Assembly: GCA_963717935.1 (NCBI GenBank)
Contig: CAVQXP010000004.1
Span: forward strand, 544,001 to 608,000
Direction: 5' to 3'
From: Candidatus Eiseniibacteriota bacterium
GTDB lineage: Bacteria; Eisenbacteria; RBG-16-71-46
DNA length: 64,000 nt
The notes beneath the pieces were generated by a model. The model was not told the DNA's origin. It saw only the letters and a list, made by a program, of their open reading frames with translations, and did no database searches. Below are positions 51,229 to 59,940 of this stretch, piece after piece; positions within the stretch are counted from its first letter, which is position 1; each line of letters opens with the position of its first letter. The position numbers and the translations under genes are program-made.

Positions 51229-51438
51229 GGGGACCTCCCTGGTCCTCCTCGCGCCGAGGAACCCTTCCAGACAATCGGACCGCGGTGGCGCGGCGTCGGA
51301 GTTGCACGCGCCCGCGCGGTTCGATTCGCAGTGACCCTTGCTTCTTGTCCGCTCGATGCAACAGAAGCGGCCAGTGTCTTGCGTGATTGGAAGGTTGCTT
51401 TCCGTTCACCCGCGAGGAGTCATTCATGGCGAACGGTG
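51229..51438 (-). ncRNA. Candidate structured 5' leader of nrdJ
   Basis: About 210-nt untranslated region with five nested inverted repeats and an SD-occluding hairpin; I recognise no known riboswitch consensus in it. Confidence 0.4.
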
Positions 51439-51444
51439 CAATGC

Positions 51445-51477
51445 TTTATACCACCGCTTCACGCACCTTGCGCAAGG
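51445..51477 (-). promoter_or_regulatory. nrdJ promoter: extended -10 TGgTATAAA; 12-bp palindrome CCTTGCGCAAGG over the -35 region
   Basis: -10 at 51445-51453; palindrome at 51466-51477. Confidence 0.55.
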
Positions 51478-51642
51478 GCGAAGTTCACCGCGGCGGATGC
51501 GGCTGCGATGCGCCCACCCTGTTTCCGCGCAGGAACGACGGGGTCGCCACGCGACACCGCCGGACGCGAGGCGTGGAGCGCGCGGTGACCGCGGACGCCT
51601 GCGCAAGTCCGGTGCCGCGACACGCGAGGCCTGGCGGCGTGG

Positions 51643-52635
51643 CTACGGCAGGCGGACCGAGGGGTGGATGTCCGAGCCGGCGCTGGCCAGCTGGGACGGT
51701 CTGACCACCAGGCTGCCGGTGCGGCTGTAGTAGCGCACGTTCCAGCCGGTCGTATCGGCGCTCAGGCTCTGGAAAGCGAGGTAGGAGCCCGAATGGCTGA
51801 TCCGCGGATGGCGTTCGTCGTCCGCGGTGTTGAGGTTGGTCAGTTCCACGAAGCTGCGGGGGTCGGTCGTGAGGTCCACGAGGTAGATGTCGAATCCGCC
51901 CTGGCCCCCGGCGCGGTCCGAGGCGAAGGACAGGTAGCGTCCGTCCGGGGTGAGCACGGGATCCCGGTCGCGGGCGCCAGCAACCCGCAGGTCCTTGAGG
52001 CTATCCACCTTCTGGGCGGACCGATCGTACAGGTAGAGGTGCGCTTCGCCCTCCCGATCCGAGAGCAGGACGATCCGGTTTCCGGTCGAGTCGGGGGCGG
52101 GCGACCAATCGTCGTACGCGGCCTGGGTGTCGAGGCCGGGCAGGGGCTCGAAAGCGAGTGAGCCCCCGTTGACGAGCCGGATGCGCCGGGCGCCCAGGGT
52201 GTCGCGCACGAAGGCCAGCCGGCGGGTGTCCCCGGTGAAGGCGGGCTCCGTCTCGTGGCCGGTGTGCAGGCCCGGGGTGGAGATCAGCGAGCAGGAGATG
52301 CGCTCGTAGATGTAGATGTCGCTGGTCCCGGGGCCGCCCCGGTCACTCACGAAGGCGATGAGCTGCCCGTCGCGCGACAGCGAGGGGCTCGAATCGGAGG
52401 CGGTCTGGCTGTTGAGGTCGCGAAGGAGCCGGAAGCCCACCAAGTCCGCATCGAATAGATAGATGTCGTACGACCCCGCGTGTCCGCGATCGCTCGAGAA
52501 GGCGATCAGATCGGCGCCCTCGTTGTCGCAGAGCGCCTCTGGCGAGGTCGTCTGCTTCGAGCAGCCCGGGGTGACGAGCAGGATGAGCAGTGCGGCAAGG
52601 GTGCGGCTACGGGTACGAGCCACGCGACCGTCCAC
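51643..52635 (-). CDS. TolB-like beta-propeller lipoprotein (PD40 repeats)
   Basis: Lipobox TPGC; repeats IAFSSDR, PSLSRDGQLIAFVSDR, TPDGRYLSFASDR and DIYL. Confidence 0.87.
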   Translation of the reverse strand: MDGRVARTRSRTLAALLILLVTPGCSKQTTSPEALCDNEGADLIAFSSDRGHAGSYDIYLFDADLVGFRLLRDLNSQTASDSSPSLSRDGQLIAFVSDRGGPGTSDIYIYERISCSLISTPGLHTGHETEPAFTGDTRRLAFVRDTLGARRIRLVNGGSLAFEPLPGLDTQAAYDDWSPAPDSTGNRIVLLSDREGEAHLYLYDRSAQKVDSLKDLRVAGARDRDPVLTPDGRYLSFASDRAGGQGGFDIYLVDLTTDPRSFVELTNLNTADDERHPRISHSGSYLAFQSLSADTTGWNVRYYSRTGSLVVRPSQLASAGSDIHPSVRLP

Positions 52636-52802
52636 GGCGGACCTCCGAAATGACCCTGGCGCAACCGAATGGGCCCACTTCCTTCGCCCCGGCCGGACTC
52701 TAGCAGACCGGGGCGCCCCGCGGCCCGGATCGCGGTTTTTCTTGCAGCGGCCCCGGCGTGGTGGGATGTTGGTTCCCGTTGCGTTCCGGAGAGCGGAGCG
52801 TC

Positions 52803-53165
52803 ATGTCACGAGTCATGCTGTATCACTGCCATGCGGCCGAGGAGCACGCGCTCCTCGACGAGGACCTGAGCTTCGTGTGCTGCGACGACTGCGAGGAGAT
52901 GCTCTCCGAGGTCGTCCAGCACCCCCCCGACGTGGTGGTCTACGAGGTCAGGCCCGAGAGCGTGTCAGACCTTGCCGTGTTGCGCCTGCTGCGCCGCGTG
53001 GTGCCGCGGGTCCCGTTCGTCCTGGTCGGAGAGGGCCGGGCGCCGGCGTGGGACGTCCCCGCCGAGCTGGCGCCACTTTACCGCTCCCCGCTCCCCGTGG
53101 AAGAGCGCGGCCTGCGCACGGCCGTCCGCCGCGCGCTCGCAGCGAGCGCCGACACCGCGAACTGA
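52803..53165 (+). CDS. Stand-alone pseudo-receiver domain protein, Cys/His-rich
   Basis: PPDVVVYEV...LRLLRRVVPRVPFVLV follows the receiver beta3-alpha3-beta4 pattern, with Glu in place of the phospho-Asp. Confidence 0.55.
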   Translation: MSRVMLYHCHAAEEHALLDEDLSFVCCDDCEEMLSEVVQHPPDVVVYEVRPESVSDLAVLRLLRRVVPRVPFVLVGEGRAPAWDVPAELAPLYRSPLPVEERGLRTAVRRALAASADTAN

Positions 53166-53237
53166 TCCGGCCCCGCGACCCGGTGCGCCCCCGGGAGAGC
53201 CGCGCCCGCGGCCGACGCGGCGCATGGGTCGTCCAGG

Positions 53238-55334
53238 CTATGCCTCCCCGATCTTCCCGTCGCCACCGGCCTTCGCGGTCGCCCCGGCCTTCGCCTGCTC
53301 CTCGGCCTCCATGCGCGCCCACTCGGCCGGGTGCTCGCGGCGCAGCTGTTCCTCGTTGATGAGCCCTGTCACCCAGGCCCAGTTCATCGGATAGACGTCC
53401 GGGTTCAGCATGTTCTGGTAGACGTGCCAGACCAGGATGGCGACGAGGGCCAGCCAGGCCTCGTAGTAATGCACCAGCGTGGCCAGGTCGAGGACCCACT
53501 TGGGCATCCACTGGAGCGACTGGTTCGCGAACCAGAGCAGAACCCCCGTCACGGTCATCAGGATCACGCCCCAGACCAGGGACCAGTATTCCGCCTTCTC
53601 GATGTAGGTGAAGCGGTCGAAGGCCGGCGGGTCGCGGCGCAACCCCACCAGGTACAGGATGTTGGCCCCGGCCTCGCGCACGTCTCGCAGCCCCGGCAGC
53701 AGGGCGACGAAGGTGCCGCGACCGCGCCGGGTGAACAGATGGGCGACGTGCACCAGGGACGTCCCGACCAGGACGACCGCGGCGACCCGATGGATGAGGC
53801 TGCGCCAGGCGAAGGCCCCCTCCAGGCGCGCCATCCACGAGAACGGCCACGACTCGGGGAACTTGAGCGCGAAGCCGGTCCAGATCAGGGCGAAGAAGCT
53901 GATCATCAGCAGCGCGTGCTGGATCCGCTCGCTCCGGTTGGTGCGCTCGTACCAGCGCCCCAGGCCTCGCTCCGGCTCCACCTCGCCGCGGTAGAGCCGG
54001 TAGTGGCGGCGCAGCTTGCGGGTGAAGTCCAGCCCCTGATGGACGGCCATGCTCCCGCCGAGCCCGAAGATGAGCCAGAGGTAGATCAGCCGAACGTAGT
54101 AAAGGACCGGGCTGCCGGCCGTGGCGATGACGACATGCACGGGGCCCAGCGCCGACCACTTGCCGGCGCCGGGATGGCACTTGCCGCAGGTCTCGCCCAG
54201 TCGTTCCGGGTTCACCGCAGAGCGCGGGTCGCTCGAGGGCAGGATGTCGTGGAAACCGTGGCAGGAAGAGCAGTTAGCGACAGCCTTCGAGCCGCCACGT
54301 GAGGCCAGACCGTGGAAGGAATCACGATATGTCGTGAGTCGGCCGGCCGGAAGACCGTAGGTCTCGCGGAGTCCCTGGGCCTCGTGGCAACGCGAGCAGG
54401 TCGTATTCACCGCGGAGGCCACGACCGGCGAGGCTGGATCGTGGGGCCCGCGGATCAGGTGCTCGCCGTGGCAGTCCGTGCAGTTGGGCGCCGCGGTGAC
54501 GCCGCGGCGCAGCGCCTGGCCGTGGATGCCCGTTTCAAAGGCCGCGAACTCGCGGGTGTGGCAACGCCCGCAGGTGTGCGGGACGTTGGTGCGGAAGATG
54601 GATGACGTGGGGTCGTTCGCGCGCTTCAGGTCGTGGCTCTCGTGGCAGTCGCTGCAGGTGGCCGCGCGCGGGTCTCGCGAGCGCCCGTGCACGCTCTTCG
54701 TGTAGAGCGCGTAGGCCTCGGGGATGGTGATCCGGCGCCGGGTCATGAGCGCGCGGTTCGCGTGGCAGCGGGCGCAGGTGTGCGGCAGGTTCGCGCGGTT
54801 GACCGGCGAGGCGGGGTCCGTGTGCGGGCGGATCGAGTGGAATGGCCCGTGGCAATCCTTGCAGGTCGAGGCCTCGGGGTCGCCGCGCGCGAGCGCCGTG
54901 CCGTGGACGCTGCCCTGGTACTGCCCGGTCACCTGTGCGTGGCAGCCGACGCAGGCGTCCGGGCCGGTTCGCGCGGGCCGGCGCACCTGGTGCCCCGACC
55001 CGTGGCAACCCAGGCAGGCCACCTCGTGCGGGCCCGCGGCCTGCCGGTGGGCGCTGCCGGCAATGGCGGCGGTCGCATCCTGGTGACAGGTGCCACACTG
55101 GACCTGTGGCAGGGCGGTCGCATGCGGCAGGCCCTTCACGCCCCCGTGGCAGGCCACACACGCCAGCCGCCCGTGCGGGGAGGCCTCGAGTTGTGCGAGG
55201 TCCACGTACGCCGTGCCCCCGCCGGAATCGCGCGCGAGGGCTCGATCGACGTGGCAGGTCATGCACACGTCGTTGCCGAGCGGCCCGGCGAGCGCGGGCA
55301 GGGCCAGGAAGGCGGCGAGCAGCGCAGCCGCCAT
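53238..55334 (-). CDS. 13-heme cytochrome c fused to diheme cytochrome b (CbcL-like quinol oxidoreductase)
   Basis: 13 CxxCH counted; membrane domain ERIQH, LIHR, EKAEYW, VHYYEA...WHVY. The start may lie slightly upstream. Confidence 0.9.
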   Translation of the reverse strand: MAAALLAAFLALPALAGPLGNDVCMTCHVDRALARDSGGGTAYVDLAQLEASPHGRLACVACHGGVKGLPHATALPQVQCGTCHQDATAAIAGSAHRQAAGPHEVACLGCHGSGHQVRRPARTGPDACVGCHAQVTGQYQGSVHGTALARGDPEASTCKDCHGPFHSIRPHTDPASPVNRANLPHTCARCHANRALMTRRRITIPEAYALYTKSVHGRSRDPRAATCSDCHESHDLKRANDPTSSIFRTNVPHTCGRCHTREFAAFETGIHGQALRRGVTAAPNCTDCHGEHLIRGPHDPASPVVASAVNTTCSRCHEAQGLRETYGLPAGRLTTYRDSFHGLASRGGSKAVANCSSCHGFHDILPSSDPRSAVNPERLGETCGKCHPGAGKWSALGPVHVVIATAGSPVLYYVRLIYLWLIFGLGGSMAVHQGLDFTRKLRRHYRLYRGEVEPERGLGRWYERTNRSERIQHALLMISFFALIWTGFALKFPESWPFSWMARLEGAFAWRSLIHRVAAVVLVGTSLVHVAHLFTRRGRGTFVALLPGLRDVREAGANILYLVGLRRDPPAFDRFTYIEKAEYWSLVWGVILMTVTGVLLWFANQSLQWMPKWVLDLATLVHYYEAWLALVAILVWHVYQNMLNPDVYPMNWAWVTGLINEEQLRREHPAEWARMEAEEQAKAGATAKAGGDGKIGEA

Positions 55335-55803
55335 CGCGTTTCCCCCGGCCCGGCGCGGTCGCGCGCGCACCACGGTCCCGGCGCGCGGGGCCGCCAGCGG
55401 TGGAGAAGCTCGGTTCACGCCGGATGGCCTCCAGAAGGAAGAGGGTGTGGCCCCCCCCCGGACAAGGAATGGACCACGGAAGACCTTTTCTGGCAAGGTC
55501 TTCAAGCGGCCAAGTCGTCAGGTGGTAACGGGGGGCCGGGATGGTACCTTCGGATGTCTTGCCAGCGAGGCGCCAATTCAGTAGAAATACTGATGTCTGG
55601 GACGGCGCGGGGCCGCTCGCCGGCTCCCCGGCCCGGTCCTGTGCAAGGAACTCGCGGCGTTCGAGCGGTCCGTAGTTCTACCGAATCTTCGACGTGTCCC
55701 TTGCCGGAATTGGTTACTCTCCGAGACAGGTCTCGTGGGTCGCACGCGACGCCTCGACCTCGTGTTCTCAGGTGGGCGGTTACCTTCAAGGCCGGAGGGG
55801 CTG

Positions 55804-56367
55804 ATGATCAAGAGCATCTTCGCGTTCGTCGTGCTGGGGGTGCTGGCGGTGGGCGCCGCGTCGCGGGCCGCGGACGCTCCGAAGGCGGACGCGCCGAAGA
55901 ACGACTACGTCGGCACGACCCTGAAGACCTGCATGTGCCACTACAAAGAGTTCAAGGCGTGGTCGGCGACCCCGCACGCGCACGCCCTCGAGACCCTGCA
56001 GGCCACCACGCCCGAGCAGCTGAAGAAGATGAACGAGCGGCTCGAGACCGCGGTGAAGGATCACCCGGAGAGTGATGCCGCGTGCCTGGGCTGCCACGTG
56101 ACCGGTTACAGGACGGGCGGCTACCCCGCGGCTGACTCGCTCAAGAACGCCGCGCTGGCTCGCGTGACCTGCGAGGTCTGCCACGGCCCCGCCAGGAACC
56201 ACCTGACGGTGCCGGCCAACGACAAGGCGGGCCGGAAGGCCTCCATGCTGGTCCCGACGGCCGAGACCTGCAAGAAGTGCCACACCGATGCCACCTCGCC
56301 GAAGTTCGACTTCGCGGAGCGGAGCCAGAAGGTGCACCCCGTCGCCGCCAGGGCGCCCGCGAAGTAA
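55804..56367 (+). CDS. Periplasmic cytochrome c554-like tetraheme protein (3 CxxCH + 1 CxCH)
   Basis: GGAGG SD; signal peptide; YVG..TCMCH...W..TPHAHA, CLGCHVTG, VTCEVCHGP..H, CKKCH...FDF...KVH. Confidence 0.88.
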   Translation: MIKSIFAFVVLGVLAVGAASRAADAPKADAPKNDYVGTTLKTCMCHYKEFKAWSATPHAHALETLQATTPEQLKKMNERLETAVKDHPESDAACLGCHVTGYRTGGYPAADSLKNAALARVTCEVCHGPARNHLTVPANDKAGRKASMLVPTAETCKKCHTDATSPKFDFAERSQKVHPVAARAPAK

Positions 56368-56388
56368 GCGGACCGAAGCCGTCCGACG

Positions 56389-59229
56389 ATGGAGACCCGT
56401 ACGGGCCGGCCTGCCAGTCGCGGGCCGGCCCGCGGCCTGTTCACCGGGCTCCTCGCGCTGGCCGGAGCGCTCCTTGCCGGCGCGTTGCTCCACCCGGCGG
56501 CGTGGTCGGCGCCGGAGGCGGTGAAGCCGCTCCCCGGCGCCGAGGACTGCATGGCCTGCCACGAGGCCGGCCCGCCACTCGCGAAGCGCGACGCCGACAC
56601 GCCGCCGCGCTTCGACGCCTCCGGGCTGCGCGCCTCGCCCCACGCGAAAGTGGCCTGCGCCGCCTGCCACGCGGACCTCGAGGGCAAGGAGTTCCCGCAC
56701 GAGACGAAGCCGGCGCCGGTCCGCTGTGGCGCCTGCCATGCGACCGAGCAGCAGCAGTTCGTCGAGAGCCTGCACGGCCAGGCCGCCGCGCGCGGGGAGA
56801 AGCTCGCCCCCTCGTGCAAGGACTGCCACGGACGGCACGGCGTGCTGCCGCGCAACGACCCGCGCTCGCCCGCGAACACGGTCAACGTCCCCGCGCTGTG
56901 CGGGCGCTGCCATCACGAGGGCTCGCCGGTCCAGCTCACCTACCACATCCCGCAGGACTCGATCCTCCAGAACTACTCCGAGTCCATCCACGGCGAGGGG
57001 TTGTTCCGCAAGGGCCTGCTCACGACCGCCGTGTGCACCTCGTGTCACACCGCGCACCACGTGCTGCCGCACACCGACCCGCGCTCGAGCATCGCGCGCC
57101 GCAACGTGGCCGCCACCTGCACGCAGTGCCACGTGCGCATCGAGCAGGTGCACCGCAAGATCATCAACGGGGTGCTGTGGGAGAGCCGCCCCAACGACAT
57201 CCCCGCCTGCGTGGACTGCCACCAGCCGCACAAGGCGCGGCGGGTCTTCTATACCCAGGGCATGGCGGACCGCGACTGCCTGACCTGTCACGGCCGGCGC
57301 GAGCTGCGGGCCCAGGGCGGACGCTCGATGTTCGTGGACACGGCCGTGCTGCAGGGCTCGCGCCACGCGAAGATCGCCTGCGCGCAGTGCCACAGCGAGG
57401 CGCAGCCCTCGCACGCCCGGCCCTGCTCTTCGATCACGCGCCGGGTGGACTGCTCGGTCTGCCACGCCGGGGTCGTGGACTCCTACCGGGAGAGCACCCA
57501 TGGGCGACTGGCCGCGAAGGGCAGCCCCGACGCCCCGGCCTGCCGCGACTGTCACGGCACGCACGGCACCCTGGGGCACCTGCAGTCGGACGCGCCGACC
57601 TACGCGCGCAACGTCCCGGCGCTGTGCGGGCGCTGCCACCTGAGCGGCAAGCAGGCCCAGGTGCGCTATCGCGGGACGGAGCGCCGCGTGGTGGAATCCT
57701 ACGTCGAGAGCATCCACGGCAAGGGGTTGCTCGAGAGCGGCCTCACCGTGACCGCGACCTGCGTGGACTGCCACACCACGCACGGCGAGCTGCCGCACAC
57801 CGACCCGGCGTCCAGCGTCAACCCGGCGAACGTGGCGAAGACCTGTGCCCGCTGCCACCGGGGCATCTACGAGCTGTTCGCGGCCAGCGTGCACTCGCCC
57901 GTGGTGACGAAGACGAAGCGTCCGCTGCCCACCTGCTCCGACTGCCACTCGGCCCACACCATCAACCGCACCGACCGGCAGGATTTCAAGTTCGCGATCA
58001 TGAGCCAGTGCGGCAAGTGCCACGAGGACCTGGCGAAGACCTACTTCGAGACGTACCACGGCAAGGTCTCGCGGCTCGGCTACCTCAAGACCGCCAAGTG
58101 CTACGACTGCCACGGCGCGCACGACATCCAGCCGAACTGGGACCCCCGCTCGCACCTGTCGCGGCAGAACATCGTGAAGACCTGCGGCCAGTGTCACCCC
58201 GGCTCGAACCGGCGCTTCGCCGGCTACCTCACGCACGCGACCCACCACGAGCCGCACAAGTACCCGGCGCTGTTCTTCACCTTCTGGGGCATGACGGTCC
58301 TGCTGGTCGGCACCTTCGGCTTCTTCGGCCTGCACACGCTCGCCTGGCTGCCGCGCTCGCTCCAGTACCGGCGCCAGCTCGCGAAGTCGCAAGCCGCGGA
58401 GGGCGAGCTGCACGTGCGGCGCTTCCCGCCGCTCTACCGCAACCTGCACCTGATGGTGATCGTCTCCTTCCTCGGGCTGGCGCTCACCGGCATGACGCTC
58501 AAGTTCTCCTACACCCCGTGGGCCTACGTCCTGTCGCGGGTGCTCGGCGGGTTCCAGGCGGCGGGCTTCATCCACCGGGTCTGCGCGGGGATCACCTTCG
58601 CCTACTTCTTCCTGCACCTGCGCGACATGATCCGCCGCCGGGCGAAGTCCGGCGTGTCGTGGCGGACGTTCCTCGCCGGCCCGGGCGGGATGCTGCCCGG
58701 GCGGCGGGACCTCGAGGAGTTCTGGCAGTCGGTGAAGTGGTTCGCCGGCCGGGGCCCGAGGCCGCAGTACGGCCGCTGGACCTACTGGGAGAAGTTCGAC
58801 TACTTCGCGGTGTTCTGGGGCGTGGCCATGATCGGCTCGACCGGGCTCGTGCTCTGGTTCCCGACCCTCTTCACCCGGCTCCTGCCCGGCATCTTCATCA
58901 ACCTCGCGACCATCATCCACAGCGACGAAGCGCTGCTCGCGGTGGGCTTCATCTTCACCGTGCACTTCTTCAACACGCACTTCCGGCCCGAGAAATTCCC
59001 CATGGATACGGTGATCTTCACCGGCACCGTGCCGCTCGAGGAGTTCAAGCAGGACCGTCCGCGCGAGTACGAGGCCCTGACGGAGAGCGGCGAACTGGAG
59101 GCCCGGCTCGAGCCGGCGCCCGCGCCCCGCACGGTGCGCGCCTGGCGCATCTTCGGCTTCGTCGCTCTCTCGGTCGGCATCCTGATGGTGCTGCTGATCG
59201 TCTACGCGACGGTCTTCGGGTATCGGTAG
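56389..59229 (+). CDS. 19-heme cytochrome c fused to diheme cytochrome b (CbcL-like)
   Basis: 19 CxxCH counted; RNLH, FIHR, WTYWEKFDYFAVFWG and IIHSDEALLAVGFIFTVHFFNTH. Confidence 0.92.
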   Translation: METRTGRPASRGPARGLFTGLLALAGALLAGALLHPAAWSAPEAVKPLPGAEDCMACHEAGPPLAKRDADTPPRFDASGLRASPHAKVACAACHADLEGKEFPHETKPAPVRCGACHATEQQQFVESLHGQAAARGEKLAPSCKDCHGRHGVLPRNDPRSPANTVNVPALCGRCHHEGSPVQLTYHIPQDSILQNYSESIHGEGLFRKGLLTTAVCTSCHTAHHVLPHTDPRSSIARRNVAATCTQCHVRIEQVHRKIINGVLWESRPNDIPACVDCHQPHKARRVFYTQGMADRDCLTCHGRRELRAQGGRSMFVDTAVLQGSRHAKIACAQCHSEAQPSHARPCSSITRRVDCSVCHAGVVDSYRESTHGRLAAKGSPDAPACRDCHGTHGTLGHLQSDAPTYARNVPALCGRCHLSGKQAQVRYRGTERRVVESYVESIHGKGLLESGLTVTATCVDCHTTHGELPHTDPASSVNPANVAKTCARCHRGIYELFAASVHSPVVTKTKRPLPTCSDCHSAHTINRTDRQDFKFAIMSQCGKCHEDLAKTYFETYHGKVSRLGYLKTAKCYDCHGAHDIQPNWDPRSHLSRQNIVKTCGQCHPGSNRRFAGYLTHATHHEPHKYPALFFTFWGMTVLLVGTFGFFGLHTLAWLPRSLQYRRQLAKSQAAEGELHVRRFPPLYRNLHLMVIVSFLGLALTGMTLKFSYTPWAYVLSRVLGGFQAAGFIHRVCAGITFAYFFLHLRDMIRRRAKSGVSWRTFLAGPGGMLPGRRDLEEFWQSVKWFAGRGPRPQYGRWTYWEKFDYFAVFWGVAMIGSTGLVLWFPTLFTRLLPGIFINLATIIHSDEALLAVGFIFTVHFFNTHFRPEKFPMDTVIFTGTVPLEEFKQDRPREYEALTESGELEARLEPAPAPRTVRAWRIFGFVALSVGILMVLLIVYATVFGYR

Positions 59230-59270
59230 GCGATCCGCGCCCGGTCCGGGTCGCGCGAGCGCACAGCCAG

Positions 59271-59303
59271 CGGGGCGGGCGGAAAAGCTCTCCGCCCGCC
59301 CCG
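59271..59303. terminator. 13-bp hairpin between convergent genes
   Basis: CGGGGCGGGCGGA-aaagctc-TCCGCCCGCCCCG. Confidence 0.65.
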
Positions 59304-59325
59304 TTCCGGTACGCCCCGCCCCGCC

Positions 59326-59673
59326 CTACGCCACCGCCCGACCCGCGTTGAGGTGCGCCACCGCCTCGTGTTCGCTGTCGTAGAGCGGCAGCGCGCCTGC
59401 GAGGTGGGTCACGTCGAGCAGCCAGCGCTGGGGGCCGGCCGCACCGCAGAGCGCCAGGCCTCCGCCGTTCGCCGATGCGGTCCACTGCGCCCGCGCGAGC
59501 ACGCCCAGGCAGTGCGCGGTCAACACGCGCGCATGGCTGAGGTCCACGATCACGCGGCGGCCCCGCTCGGCCAGCGCGGAGAGCTCGCGCTCCAGCTCGT
59601 CGCAGGCGGCCCCCTCGATGAGGTCCCCGCTCGGCTGGAGCACGACCAGTTCGTCTACCGCGTGGGAGGTCAT
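59326..59673 (-). CDS. STAS-domain (anti-sigma antagonist-like) protein
   Basis: VVLQPSGDL, VIVDLS, GGLALCG, LLDVTHL...LYDSEHEAV; GAAGGAG SD. Confidence 0.85.
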   Translation of the reverse strand: MTSHAVDELVVLQPSGDLIEGAACDELERELSALAERGRRVIVDLSHARVLTAHCLGVLARAQWTASANGGGLALCGAAGPQRWLLDVTHLAGALPLYDSEHEAVAHLNAGRAVA

Positions 59674-59940
59674 GGGTTCGACTCCTTCCGTCCGGGCCCG
59701 GGACTGCGTGGGTTCGTCGTCACACGGTAGGACGGAAGGCAGGCGGGAAAGGTTGCCAGTCCCGTCCGGGCGCCCCGGGGCGGGCCACGAGCGCGGCGCG
59801 AAGGCGCCGGGAGGTCAGGGAGGTGTAAGGCGCTGCGCGCTCCCGTTTCGCGGCGCCGAACGCCGTCCGCTGGCGCGGGTGCTGCGGACGGCGGGCCGGC
59901 GCCGGGCGCCGCAGGTCACGGGCGCGGCCGGCCCGCGACC

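Noticed and set aside
51229..51438. Canonical cobalamin riboswitch or NrdR boxes upstream of nrdJ
   Set aside because: Only fragments (CACUG, GGAAG) without the expected order and spacing, and no NrdR-type palindrome found. Kept only as an unclassified structured leader.
41803..51588. Very long antisense ORFs (e.g. 41803-45921, 48097-51588; also 21929-24898 and 55786-58980)
   Set aside because: Shadow frames expected in high-GC DNA opposite real genes; no recognisable motifs.
55335..55803. FNR/Rex/sigma54 sites in the divergent cytochrome intergenic region
   Set aside because: Only weak partial matches (e.g. TTGCCA-N17-TAGAAA; a GG-N10-GC lacking TTGC); not supportable by eye.
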